Below, piece by piece: positions 21,529 through 31,740 of a stretch of DNA of 64,000 bases (its first letter is position 1; the number at the start of each line of letters is the position of its first letter). A program made the translations under genes and the position numbers. The DNA comes from an uncultured Candidatus Binatia bacterium (GTDB lineage Bacteria; Desulfobacterota; Binatia; Binatales; Binataceae), in contig CAYSCX010000006.1 in the NCBI GenBank assembly GCA_964429575.1, forward strand, positions 60,440-124,439. The letters run 5' to 3'. The notes beneath the pieces were generated by a model. It was not told the DNA's origin. It ran no database searches and saw only the letters and a list, made by a program, of their open reading frames with translations.

Positions 21529-22103
21529 TGACTGCTCTCCTGTCCGAGGCGATCGACAAACCCGTCGATGAGCCGCACCTGATCGTATGGCTGGAAGCTT
21601 CGTGCGATCAGTTCACGCGCCAGCGCGGCGGAAGTCGCCGCGAGCTGCTCGCGAAGCCGCCGCTGCGCCGCCTCCGCGAGTGCTGCCGCGGCTTGCTCCG
21701 CGTCGGTGCGGATTCGTGCTGCACCTGAGCGCGCACCGTCCGCAATCTGGCGAACCTGGTGGACGGTTTCAGCATCGAGATCCGCGACGAGCCGTCTCAG
21801 TTCCGCATCGAGCGATGCGACGCGCTCACGCGCTTGGGCAGACAGCCGTTCGGCCTCCGAAAAGGCGCTCTGCGCGCGCCCGATCGTATCGCGAATCGCA
21901 CCGGCCTGATCGCGAATGAAGCTCGCGACCAGCGGCCGCGCGAAATAGATCACTAAGCCTACGAAGATGGTGAAATTGATCGCGAAGAACGCCAGGCTCG
22001 ACCAATCGACGCCGTGATGCTCGCCGTCGGCGCCCGACGCCCACGCGTTCGCGCACCAAAGCGCGACGACCGCCGCCGCCGTTATGACCGACCGTAGTCT
22101 CAC
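21525..22103 (-). CDS. atpF: ATP synthase F0 subunit b
   Basis: INF transmembrane segment followed by coiled coil; upstream of atpH. Confidence 0.85.
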   Translation of the reverse strand: MRLRSVITAAAVVALWCANAWASGADGEHHGVDWSSLAFFAINFTIFVGLVIYFARPLVASFIRDQAGAIRDTIGRAQSAFSEAERLSAQARERVASLDAELRRLVADLDAETVHQVRQIADGARSGAARIRTDAEQAAAALAEAAQRRLREQLAATSAALARELIARSFQPYDQVRLIDGFVDRLGQESSQ

Positions 22104-22115
22104 CTGTCAGATGCT

Positions 22116-22568
22116 TCAGCTCGAACCGCGGCCCACATCGAGCCGGCGCCCGAGCACGCGCTCAGCCAGTTCAGCGGCAAGCGAACGGCCCGTGCGTTCC
22201 AGTTCGCCCTGTGCCGCCCTAAGCTCATCTTCTACTGTGGCCCTCGCCCGTTCGAGCAACTCGTGCGCCTCCGCCTTGGCCTTCTCCACGATTTCGGCGG
22301 CTTCGCCCTCGACGCGCCGGCGCTCTGCATCGCGCTTTGCGAGCGCCTCCCGGCGCACCTGCGCGAGCCTGCGCTCGCGCTCCTCGTCGGCCGCCCTGGC
22401 CTCCTTCAGTAGTTGCTCGGTGCGGGCACCCAGATCCTTGAGCCTGCGTTCGCGCTCGGAAAGCAGGTTGAGGAATGGGCGGAAAAACAGTCGGCTGAAT
22501 ATAAACCAGAAAATGAGAAACGAAACAATCAGCGCAAAGAAGGTTCCCCAGTTGGGCGGAATGTGCAT
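22116..22568 (-). CDS. atpF: ATP synthase F0 subunit b'
   Basis: N-terminal TM, FRP..ERE, coiled coil. Confidence 0.85.
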   Translation of the reverse strand: MHIPPNWGTFFALIVSFLIFWFIFSRLFFRPFLNLLSERERRLKDLGARTEQLLKEARAADEERERRLAQVRREALAKRDAERRRVEGEAAEIVEKAKAEAHELLERARATVEDELRAAQGELERTGRSLAAELAERVLGRRLDVGRGSS

Positions 22569-22653
22569 TTTACGGCCTCTCCCCCAAGGGGTTTAACACA
22601 AGCCGAAGCGTCGTGGGAGATGCGGACGAACGTGCTCTGCGCGCGCTAAACCA

Positions 22654-23190
22654 TCAGGCTTGCTTATGCACCGCCGCCTGCGCGAGCCGCTCCTCCTTGG
22701 GGAAAACCGTTATCTTGCTGTCGTGCGCGCTCTCGGGCTGCATCGAGCAGTGACCCTCGAACAGCGCGCCCTCGTGAATCACCAGCACCGGTGCGGCGAG
22801 GTTGCCGAGCACCCGCGCCGCCGGACGAATCTCGATGCGTTGCGATGCGGAGATGTCGCCGCTCACCTTGCCAGCGACGGTCACCGATGCCGCCTTGATC
22901 TGCGCGGTCACCACCGCGGTCTCACCGATCGTGAGGTTGTCCTTCGCGTTGATTTCGCCGTCGACCTGTCCGTCGATGCGAGCGGGGCCGTCGAACGAAA
23001 TCTTTCCGTTGATCTTCGAGCCCTTGTCGAGATAGGCGCGCCCCTCGGGGCTCGCGGCGGGCGCCAGCGGCCGCGTCACCGGCGCTCGTTCGTTGTTGCC
23101 CATCTCAACCGGGCCACCGGGACGGGTCGGCGCGCCGATCACTTGTTCAGGCTTGTTCACCTTCTCCGTTTCCTTGCCGAAAAGCGCCAT
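22654..23190 (-). CDS. Bactofilin (polymer-forming cytoskeletal protein)
   Basis: Beta-helix repeats RIDGQVDGEI, VAGKVSGDI, IHEGALFEGHC. Confidence 0.92.
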   Translation of the reverse strand: MALFGKETEKVNKPEQVIGAPTRPGGPVEMGNNERAPVTRPLAPAASPEGRAYLDKGSKINGKISFDGPARIDGQVDGEINAKDNLTIGETAVVTAQIKAASVTVAGKVSGDISASQRIEIRPAARVLGNLAAPVLVIHEGALFEGHCSMQPESAHDSKITVFPKEERLAQAAVHKQA

Positions 23191-23536
23191 GCCGATTCCT
23201 CCCTGCGAACTCCACGGAACCTGCGAATCGAGTCTCGTTCGAGTTTAGGTCTCGCTTCCAGTCAATGCAATTGCGAGTGTCAAATTAGAGCCGCGTGGTG
23301 TCGATTACCGCTTCCCAGCTTGGACGATCATCGCATCGCGAAATTCACTGAAACATCGCGAACGCGCGTAGCATCGCTCCCTGTCGCACACTTCGCTTCG
23401 ATTCGGCTTTAACGAGTTGGCATGCGAGGTGTGCGTTTGTAGCATGAAGCAGGACACCGCCGGTTAGGCAGCGCGTAACCGCTGCGGCGCCTTGGTCAGT
23501 TTTTGCACGCGCCAATCGCAGAAGGAGAAAACCGCT

Positions 23537-23938
23537 ATGGCGTCGATTCCGGACAAGTTTCAGGATCTGTTCGCCCCCGACAAGAAGTCGTTCGCGTTCA
23601 TCGCGACCGTGATGCCCGACGGGTCGCCGCAGGTGACGCCGGTTTGGTTCGACTACGTTGGCGGGAAGATTCGCGTCAACACTGCACGCGGCCGCGTCAA
23701 GGCGAAAAACATGGCTGAGGGCAAGCGCGTCGCGTTGGCGATCCTGGATCCGGAAAATCCCTATCGGTACATCCAGGTTCGCGGGCCTGTCGTGCGGGTC
23801 ACCGAAAAAGACGCGGACGCGCACATCGACTCGCTAGCGAAGAAATACATGGGCCGCGATCGCTACCCGTTTCATCAGCCCGGCGTGGTGCGCGTGATCT
23901 ACGAAATTGAACCGGCATCCGTGCAGGTAATGGGCTAG
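23537..23938 (+). CDS. PPOX-class F420-dependent oxidoreductase
   Basis: ATVMPDGSPQVTPVWF, RVKAKN, NPYRYIQVRG; AAGGAG RBS. Confidence 0.9.
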   Translation: MASIPDKFQDLFAPDKKSFAFIATVMPDGSPQVTPVWFDYVGGKIRVNTARGRVKAKNMAEGKRVALAILDPENPYRYIQVRGPVVRVTEKDADAHIDSLAKKYMGRDRYPFHQPGVVRVIYEIEPASVQVMG

Positions 23939-23966
23939 CGTCGAACCGCGCGGGAGTGCGCGCGTT

Positions 23967-25328
23967 GTGCCGCAGTTGCACGATGACCTAAGATCATTCG
24001 CCGCACCGATGAATGCCGAGAACGCAAGCGCGCCCAAGGTCTATCTCGAGACCTACGGCTGCCAGATGAATATCGCAGACAGTGAAACCGTGCGCGCGAT
24101 CCTGCGCCGCGCCGGGTATGCGGCGGCCGAACGGCCCGAAGACGCCGACGCGATCCTCATCAACACGTGCGCGATTCGTGAGCGCGCCGAGGAGCGCGTG
24201 CTCGGGCGGCTCGGCGATCTCGCACGCCTGAAGCATCGGCGTCCCGAAGTGAAGCTGGGATTGCTCGGATGCATGGCGCAGCACAATCGCGCCGCACTGA
24301 TCGAGCAGGCTCCCTACCTCGACATTGTCGCCGGCCCCGACTCATATCGGCGGTTGCCGGAAATGCTCGGCCGCGCGGGCTTCGACCCCGCAGTGGACGT
24401 CCGCCTGGACCGCGACGAAACCTACGCTGACATCGCGCCCGACCACTCGGGCAGCGTGCGCGCGTACGTTACCGTGATGCGCGGATGCGACAAGTTCTGC
24501 GCTTTCTGCGTCGTGCCGTACGTGCGCGGACGCGAGCGATCACTCGCGCCCACCGATATCATTGCGCAAGTGCGCGAGCTGGCCGGTCGCGGCGTCAAGG
24601 AAGTCGTCCTGCTCGGCCAGACCGTCAACGCCTACCGCTTCGGCGGGATAGGCTTCGGCGCGCTGCTTCAATCGGTTGGGCGCATCGACGGCATCGAGCG
24701 CATCCGTTTCACCTCGCCGCATCCCGCCGACATGACGCAGGATGTGATCGATGCGGTGGCATCAGAGCCCAAGGTGCAGCCGTACCTGCATCTACCCGTG
24801 CAATCAGGCTCCGACCGCGTGCTCCATGCGATGGATCGCGGTTACACCGTCGCCGAATATCTCGATCTCGTCGCGAGGGTTCGGCGTGCGATCCCCTGTC
24901 TCGCGCTATCGACCGACATCATCGTCGGATTTCACGGCGAGGGCGAAAGCGATTTCGAGGCGACGCTCGAATTGATGCGCACGGTCGGCTACGACTCGGC
25001 GTTCACGTTCAAATACTCGCTTCGCGAGCACACCCGCGCCTTCAAGCTCGGCGATACGGTGGACGACGATGCGAAGGCGCGGCGCTTGGCGGCGGTGATT
25101 GCGCTTCAGGAGCGCATGTCACTCGAGTGCAACCGCGCGCTGATCGGGCAGCGTTTCCCGGTGCTCGTCGAGGGCTCCGCGCGGCGCGGCGAGCGAATGC
25201 TCGCGGGCAAGACGCCGCAGTTCAAGACCGCGGTGTTCCCTGCTGCACCCGGAATCATCGTCGGCGACACTGCCCTGGTGCGCGTGGAATCCGCGACCGC
25301 CCACTCGCTCAGCTGCTCACTCACCTGA
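23967..25328 (+). CDS. miaB: tRNA-2-methylthio-N6-dimethylallyladenosine synthase
   Basis: TYGCQMN, NTCAIRE, GCMAQ, CDKFCAFC, C-terminal TRAM domain. Confidence 0.95.
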   Translation: MPQLHDDLRSFAAPMNAENASAPKVYLETYGCQMNIADSETVRAILRRAGYAAAERPEDADAILINTCAIRERAEERVLGRLGDLARLKHRRPEVKLGLLGCMAQHNRAALIEQAPYLDIVAGPDSYRRLPEMLGRAGFDPAVDVRLDRDETYADIAPDHSGSVRAYVTVMRGCDKFCAFCVVPYVRGRERSLAPTDIIAQVRELAGRGVKEVVLLGQTVNAYRFGGIGFGALLQSVGRIDGIERIRFTSPHPADMTQDVIDAVASEPKVQPYLHLPVQSGSDRVLHAMDRGYTVAEYLDLVARVRRAIPCLALSTDIIVGFHGEGESDFEATLELMRTVGYDSAFTFKYSLREHTRAFKLGDTVDDDAKARRLAAVIALQERMSLECNRALIGQRFPVLVEGSARRGERMLAGKTPQFKTAVFPAAPGIIVGDTALVRVESATAHSLSCSLT

Positions 25329-26439
25329 CGTACACAGGGTTCGAATATATCCACGGCAGCCCCGACCGGTACGCCTCGACGCGATAGGCTCCGGGAACGC
25401 TCGGCGCGAATTCTATCTGAGTCGCATTTTCCACCGACGCTACCTCGACGCCATTGGCGAGCATTACGATTCGTTCTGCCGCATCATGCAATTCGGCGCG
25501 CAGCGCAACGCCCGGAGCAAGGTCCACTTCCTCACCCATCATCGCGCGCTCTTGTGCGCGCTGCGCATAGAAACCGAAGTTGGGCACGTAGCCCAGGATG
25601 TCGAAGCTGACATATGAATGTCCGCGCTTGAGAGCTTCGACCACCGGGCCGATTTGCCGCTCGCGCGCCAGAACATGAGTCGTGAATACAAGCATTCGCT
25701 GAGCCGGAGTGCCGACTTTCGCGCCAAGCACGCTCATCTCGCGCGCGGCGCCCATTCCCGCAAGCAGCGTCACGTGAGCGCCGGCAGCCATGCGATCGTA
25801 CGCGGAAATGTCGGGGACCGGCCGCACGTCAAATCTCTTGAAGAATCGGTCGGCGCCAAGGAACAGCGCGCTCACGTATCGCGACGATTCGCTTCGTTCG
25901 CTCCACTGCGCACCGAGGTTGTAGACCTCCATCGCGTCGGCGAGCGCGTAGTCGGCCGCCGACTCGAATCGCGATGCGCCCGCAACCCCCGCTATACCGC
26001 CCTGGTCGCGAATCGCAGCGATTAGGTCCGTAGTGCCGAGCTTCGGAGCGATCGGCGCGGTGAGGTTGAACCCCAACACTTCGCCACCGCCCGAGCCCGC
26101 CGCGAAGGAGGCACCTGCGATGAACAGGATTTGGTTGGTGAACCCGCTTGCGCCATAGTCCGCGTTGGAGTCGGCCCGGTCGGCGACAAACATGAAATCG
26201 ATCTGCGACTTGAGCGCCAGATCCGCTGCCTCGACCTCGCTGATTCCGCTCGCGCGCAGGCGGAAATCCACGACACCGCGATAATCGCGCAGACCCGGAA
26301 TTCCGCGCGCCGGCATGATGAATCGCGCAGGTGGAAGTTGTGTGCTCGGCAGCGGCGCGGCGCACCCGGCCACAAGGGCAGCAGCGGCAATCGCCAGCGC
26401 CAGCACCCATCGCGTCGTGCGCACCGCAGCAAGCGTCAT
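25321..26439 (-). CDS. Lipoprotein with a PHP-like (CehA/McbA-type) fold
   Basis: Lipobox LVAGC; EVYN, ALKRGHSYVS, YRVE..WIYSNPVYV C-terminus. Confidence 0.65.
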   Translation of the reverse strand: MTLAAVRTTRWVLALAIAAAALVAGCAAPLPSTQLPPARFIMPARGIPGLRDYRGVVDFRLRASGISEVEAADLALKSQIDFMFVADRADSNADYGASGFTNQILFIAGASFAAGSGGGEVLGFNLTAPIAPKLGTTDLIAAIRDQGGIAGVAGASRFESAADYALADAMEVYNLGAQWSERSESSRYVSALFLGADRFFKRFDVRPVPDISAYDRMAAGAHVTLLAGMGAAREMSVLGAKVGTPAQRMLVFTTHVLARERQIGPVVEALKRGHSYVSFDILGYVPNFGFYAQRAQERAMMGEEVDLAPGVALRAELHDAAERIVMLANGVEVASVENATQIEFAPSVPGAYRVEAYRSGLPWIYSNPVYVR

Positions 26440-27224
26440 TAGATGAGCGAGCGTCCCTGGGCGCCATCAACCGGGATGCAAGCGCCGGTGATCCAGCTCG
26501 CGCGCGGCGATGCGAGCATCACCGCCGCGTACGCGACCTCCTCGGGACGACCCAGACGTCCGGCGGGGAGCTCGTGACTGACGAAGTCGCGCTCGAACGC
26601 GGGATTCTCCTTGAAACGGCGTTCCCAACTGCCGCCCGGATATAGGATCGAGCCCGGCGCGATCGAATTGACCCGGATGTTCTTCGGTGCAAGCTCGCGC
26701 GCGAGCATCTTGGTCGCCGAGATCATCGCGGCCTTCGACGCGTTGTACGTCAGCAGGCCGCCCGCCTCGCGTCCCCAAATCGAGGCAATATTGATGATCG
26801 ATCCGCCGCCGCGCTTTTCCATGTGCGGTGCGCACAGCCGCGCCAAGCGCACTGCTGCGAAGGTGTTCAGTTCGAACATCGCGCGCCATTCGTCGTCACT
26901 GGTCTCCGCGAGTCCGCCCGGCTTCGCCGCACCGGCATTGTTGACAAGGATGTCGATGCCGCCGTGCTCATGCACGACTGCGTCGACGAATCGATCCATG
27001 TCCGATGGGTTCGTTACGTCACCGACGAATCCTCCGCCTCCTCTCGCGCCGTGGCTGGTGGTGATGCCGTGAGTTACTCCGCCAACCGCCATCACCGCCT
27101 GCGCCGTTCTCGCGCAGATCATCACCGTCGCCCCTTCCTCGGCGAGCGCTTCGGCCATCGCGCGGCCGAGCCCGCGGCTTGCGCCGGTCACCAACGCGAC
27201 TTTCCCTTTTAGTCCGAGATCCAT
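26439..27224 (-). CDS. Short-chain dehydrogenase/reductase
   Basis: TGASRGLG, NNAG, YNASK. Confidence 0.95.
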   Translation of the reverse strand: MDLGLKGKVALVTGASRGLGRAMAEALAEEGATVMICARTAQAVMAVGGVTHGITTSHGARGGGGFVGDVTNPSDMDRFVDAVVHEHGGIDILVNNAGAAKPGGLAETSDDEWRAMFELNTFAAVRLARLCAPHMEKRGGGSIINIASIWGREAGGLLTYNASKAAMISATKMLARELAPKNIRVNSIAPGSILYPGGSWERRFKENPAFERDFVSHELPAGRLGRPEEVAYAAVMLASPRASWITGACIPVDGAQGRSLI

Positions 27225-27416
27225 TTGCAGCTCCTGGACTCGTTCGCCGAGTCAATGATCGGTCGTGCGGCCAGATCGCAGACTTATCATTATCAGAGCG
27301 CGATTCGACGCTTGAAGAAGAGACCGCGCACGCGCGCTCGTTGAAGACCGCGTAGTTGACTCTGTCGGAATGCGGCCCTAAGCTCACTGAGCCGAAGGGT
27401 GGACTGACACAAAACG

Positions 27417-27614
27417 ATGGAAATCAGGGTCGAAGGCTCCTTGGATCAGGCGATGCGCGTGCTCAAGCGCAAGCTCGCCAAAGAAGGCGTGTTCAAGGAG
27501 ATGAAGAAGCGGGCGTATTACGAAAAGCCCAGTGTCCGCCGCAAGCGCAAACGCTCCGAGGCACAGCGCCGCCGCCGCAAAGAGCAGCGCCGCCGCAGAG
27601 CGTCGTCGCTCTAG
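27417..27614 (+). CDS. rpsU: 30S ribosomal protein S21
   Basis: LKRK..EG..YEKPS motif; highly basic. Confidence 0.95.
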   Translation: MEIRVEGSLDQAMRVLKRKLAKEGVFKEMKKRAYYEKPSVRRKRKRSEAQRRRRKEQRRRRASSL

Positions 27615-27726
27615 CTCCTGCTCGAAATAGGCCTTTGAATCTCGCCCGACCCGCGGCAGTGCGGGCGTGGTTGCAGAACCGCACTTTGCAGCCGCGAGTG
27701 AGCTTGCAAGATCTCGCGAGTCTCTG

Positions 27727-28494
27727 TCAGCGCCCCGGAGGGGGTAGCGGCCGCCAGCTGAACACCACCTGCTGGTTCGCGACGTAGCAATCCAGCTCGA
27801 AGTGGTCGAGTTGCGCCGCAGCGCGTTCGCGCCTGAAACGCTCGACCGCGCGATGCAGCGTGTCGGCGAGCGGGTCTCGCGAGCCGTCATGACGCGACGC
27901 CTCGACCTCCGCGCCCAGATGGACCGCCAGGCAATTGCGGCCGCAGTGCTGCTCGAGCGGACCCGCGTCGACGCAAGCACAGCGCAGGCACAACACCACG
28001 GGCCCGCGGATTTCCGATTCAAGGTTGAAGAACTCGCGCTCGAGACGCTCGAGCGAAATCGCGCACTCCGACCACGCCTCGCGCGCCCGCACCGCGGAAA
28101 AGCGCCGTATCGCGCGCGCCAACTCGCGCATCACCGTCTCGGTCGAGCGATCGCCGAGCGCGACGATCGCATCCTCCTCGACGCGCACCTGCGGACCGAG
28201 TTGTCGCGAGAGAAAACTCCGGAGATTGAGCGGAAGCTTGCTGCCGAGATGAAGCCGCACCGGCCCGCCGTGCGCCGGCTCCGGCGCGAACCAGCGCTGG
28301 CGAGGCGGTCCTACTCGCGACGCGATCAGCGGCGACAGCGACGCGAGCCGCTCCAACGGCGACGACACAGAATATGTGAGACGTGAGACGTGAGCGCTTC
28401 TACGGACCAGGCGACCGTTTCGCACTGGCTCAACCTCCGCATCTGCAGGGATTTGGAGTTGCTCTCGAAGCCGGCGCCACGGCATCGCGGTCAC
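27727..28494 (-). CDS. Hypothetical protein
   Basis: 255-aa ORF filling the intergenic gap; no recognised motif. Confidence 0.45.
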   Translation of the reverse strand: MTAMPWRRLREQLQIPADAEVEPVRNGRLVRRSAHVSRLTYSVSSPLERLASLSPLIASRVGPPRQRWFAPEPAHGGPVRLHLGSKLPLNLRSFLSRQLGPQVRVEEDAIVALGDRSTETVMRELARAIRRFSAVRAREAWSECAISLERLEREFFNLESEIRGPVVLCLRCACVDAGPLEQHCGRNCLAVHLGAEVEASRHDGSRDPLADTLHRAVERFRRERAAAQLDHFELDCYVANQQVVFSWRPLPPPGR

Positions 28495-28969
28495 CCCGCG
28501 CGAGCGCCAACCGTGAATCGGAACTTCCGAATGATGCGCGGGAGAAATTGCGCGCGGTGCGAGGCGGCCTGGCGGTCGTCTCAGGGCTCGATATTCGGCT
28601 CGCGCCGAAACCTGTCTGGGCCATGCGCAGAGGCTCTCTTCACTGGCCCACCAGCCCGCTCAGTCGAGACCCCTCAGCGCACCCGCTCCCCGCAACTACC
28701 AAGCAGCGGCTCGATGGAAAAGCGCACGCTTCCAGCCCGCCCGGTCCCACGCCTGCGGTTCTATGAAGTCGTGCGGCGTTAACCCAGCCTGCGGCACTCA
28801 GTCCGCGTCAGACCGCATCTTAATTAGCGCGAGAGCCGGGGTGGAGCAACACACCGATCAAAGGAACGATCGATTAGTTGCGGCGTTGAGGCTTGACAAT
28901 CGATGGATCGCGTGTTCCAAGATTCGGCGGCGCACTCGGTCCCAGGCGGACGAGCGCGAGGTGAGCGTC

Positions 28970-29998
28970 ATGCAATTCAGCCCGATCTTTCACACTCAAA
29001 TCTGCGAACGGCTCGGAATCCGATACCCGGTCTTTCAAGCGGGCATGGGCTTCGTCGCGCATGCGGAGCTCGCCGCGGCGGTCTCCAACGCGGGCGGGCT
29101 CGGATGCATCGGCTCGGGCTCGATGTCCCCGCGCACCCTGCGCGAACAAATCCACGTCTGCCGCTCGCTGACCGACCGGCCGTTCGGCGTGGACATCCTG
29201 TTCGCCGAGATCAAGGCCGACAAGAACGATGCGCACGTGGTACGCTACTCGTCCACCGTACAGAAGCTCATCGACATCACCTTCGAAGAAGACATTCGCG
29301 TCATCGTGTCGGGACTTGGCAATCCCGCCGGCATTGTCAAGGACGCTCACCACAAGGGCGTGGTGGTGATGTCGCTTTGCGGCAACGTCAAACAGGCGCG
29401 CCGTCTGGAAGCGTCGGGCGTGGACGTTATCATCGCGCAAGGGCACGAGGCGGGCGGACACACCGGCCGCATCGGCACCATGACACTGGTGCCGCAGATC
29501 ATCGATGCGGTTCGCACACCGGTGCTCGCCGCTGGTGGACTCGCCGATGGGCGCGGCCTGCTCGCCGCGCTTGCGCTTGGCGCCGAGGGCGTCTGGATGG
29601 GCAGCCGCTTCGTCGCATCGGTCGAGGCGTTCGCGCACGTGAACTACAAGAACAAGATCATCGAGATCGACGAGGAAGGCACCACCATCACGCGCTGCCA
29701 CTCCGGCAAGCCGTGCCGGCTCATCCGCAACAAGTTCACCGATTCGTGGATCGGCCGCGAGAAGGAAATCGAGCCGTTCCCGCTGCAGTCGATGAAGGTC
29801 GGGTTCCCGCTCGCGGAGGTAGCGCGCTACGAAGGCAAGATCGACGATGGCGGCCTCGCCTGCGGGCAAAGCGCGGGACTAATCACTTCGATCAAGCCCG
29901 CAGCGCAAATCGTGCACGACGTGATGGCGGAGGCACAGTCGGCGCTGGAGCAACGGATGCTCGGCCGCGCCGCTGCGACGCGCGCCTCAGCAGCGTAA
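28970..29998 (+). CDS. Nitronate monooxygenase / FabK-like flavoprotein
   Basis: QAGMG, VSNAGGLG, QGHEAGGHTG, AAGGLADGRG. Confidence 0.9.
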   Translation: MQFSPIFHTQICERLGIRYPVFQAGMGFVAHAELAAAVSNAGGLGCIGSGSMSPRTLREQIHVCRSLTDRPFGVDILFAEIKADKNDAHVVRYSSTVQKLIDITFEEDIRVIVSGLGNPAGIVKDAHHKGVVVMSLCGNVKQARRLEASGVDVIIAQGHEAGGHTGRIGTMTLVPQIIDAVRTPVLAAGGLADGRGLLAALALGAEGVWMGSRFVASVEAFAHVNYKNKIIEIDEEGTTITRCHSGKPCRLIRNKFTDSWIGREKEIEPFPLQSMKVGFPLAEVARYEGKIDDGGLACGQSAGLITSIKPAAQIVHDVMAEAQSALEQRMLGRAAATRASAA

Positions 29999-30007
29999 GT
30001 TACCGCC

Positions 30008-31594
30008 TCACTCTCCGTGGGCGGGTAAATTGCGGCGGTCGCGTTGCAAGAAAAAGACCGTCGGCACCATGATGATCATCAGCAGCGCCAGCAACCGGTA
30101 AATGTCGTTGAACGAGAGCATCATCGCCTGGCGCTGAACCATCCCGTACAACATCTGCATTCCCTGCATCTCGCCTATCGCGACTTGGTCCGCGATGCTC
30201 CCTCCTCCCATGGACGGCAGATGCAAATTGCCGAGGTCGAATATCGAGACGTGCTGCACCAGGTAGTTCTGATGCACCTGGCCGCGGCGGACCAGCAGCG
30301 TCGTCAGGTACGAGGTTCCAATCGCCGCGCCGAGGTTGCGCGTGACCGAGAAGAGGCTCGCGGCGCGTTGCATCTTCTCGCGCGGCATCCACGATAGCGC
30401 CGCCGCAGAAAGTCCCGGGAACACCAGACCCGTCCCAATTCCCTGCAGCACCGTCGGCCACACGATCCGGAACGTGTCCGTCTGAAGTGTTAGTCCGGAC
30501 AGCGACCACATCGCGCCCGCGACCAGTACGAATCCGACCCCGACCAGAAAGCGCGTGTCGAAGCCCCGGCGTGCGAGCACGCCAAGCATGATCATCGAGA
30601 GCATAGTGCCGACTCCGCGGGGCGCCATCACCAAGCCCGCCTTCCCGGCCGTGTAACCGAGAAACTCCTGCATGAAGATCGGATTTAGGATCGCAGTGCC
30701 ATAGAGCGTGAAGGTGAGAAAGATGATGAGCGTGATGGGCAGCGTGAAGTTGCGATGGCCCAGGATGCTTAAGTCGATGACCGGACTCTCGGTGCGCCGC
30801 TCGTGCCATACCAGCACGATCAGCGCCGTCGCCGCCGCGATAGTCGCGTATACGATCCAGGGACTTGCGAACCAGTCAGCGCGTTCGCCGCGCTCGAGCA
30901 CGATCTCTCCGAGGCCCAGCGCGACGAACAGGCAGCCGATGCCGAGATAGTCGATGCGCGCCTTGCGCAGCTTTGTGAGGTACGGGGGATCTTCGACGAA
31001 CCGCGCCACCATGAATGCGCCCAACATCCCGATCGGCACGTTGATGTAGAAGTTCCACCGCCAACTGAGCGCGTCGGTGATCCATCCGCCGATGGTCGGT
31101 CCCATGATCGGCGCGACCATCATCCCGACGCCCCACACCGCCATCGCCATCATCTGCTCGCGCGGCGGAAACGTCTCCATGAGGATCGCCTGCGAGAGCG
31201 GCATCATCGCCGCGCCCGCAGCTCCTTGCAGCAGCCGAAAGAAAACCATCTCATCGAGCGAGCGCGCGACACCACACAGCGCCGACGCGACAACGAACAT
31301 CGTGATCGAGATGATGAAATAGCGTTTGCGCCCGAAACGCTCCGCAATCCAGCCGGTCAGCGGGATCGTCACTCCCGCCGCGACAAGGTAGCTCGTAACG
31401 ACCCATGCAATCTCATCGACACTCGCCGAAAAACTTCCCTGCATGTGCGGGAGCGAGACGTTCACGATCGAGCTGTCGAGTACCTCGAGCACGGTGCCCA
31501 GCATCACCGAGAACGCGATGATCCACTTGCGGGCAGGGGAGAACTCGGGGAAATCCAGCGGCTGGATCGGGGCGGGAGCGGTTGCTTCTGCCAT
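30008..31594 (-). CDS. DHA2-family (EmrB/QacA) MFS efflux permease
   Basis: LDSSIVNVSLP, WVVTSYL, GPTIGGWI, WRWNFYINVP. Confidence 0.93.
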   Translation of the reverse strand: MAEATAPAPIQPLDFPEFSPARKWIIAFSVMLGTVLEVLDSSIVNVSLPHMQGSFSASVDEIAWVVTSYLVAAGVTIPLTGWIAERFGRKRYFIISITMFVVASALCGVARSLDEMVFFRLLQGAAGAAMMPLSQAILMETFPPREQMMAMAVWGVGMMVAPIMGPTIGGWITDALSWRWNFYINVPIGMLGAFMVARFVEDPPYLTKLRKARIDYLGIGCLFVALGLGEIVLERGERADWFASPWIVYATIAAATALIVLVWHERRTESPVIDLSILGHRNFTLPITLIIFLTFTLYGTAILNPIFMQEFLGYTAGKAGLVMAPRGVGTMLSMIMLGVLARRGFDTRFLVGVGFVLVAGAMWSLSGLTLQTDTFRIVWPTVLQGIGTGLVFPGLSAAALSWMPREKMQRAASLFSVTRNLGAAIGTSYLTTLLVRRGQVHQNYLVQHVSIFDLGNLHLPSMGGGSIADQVAIGEMQGMQMLYGMVQRQAMMLSFNDIYRLLALLMIIMVPTVFFLQRDRRNLPAHGE

Positions 31595-31740
31595 TGGAGA
31601 TTTGGCGCCTACCCTACCGTCCGAGCGAGCGGCTAGTAAAGCGAGCCGACGCCGGATGCGCGGGTTGCTTCATCGCGCCAAGCTTCCTAACATATGTTAG
31701 GTGATGGATCGGCCGCCCGCGCTCCCGGGAGATTTGCCTA

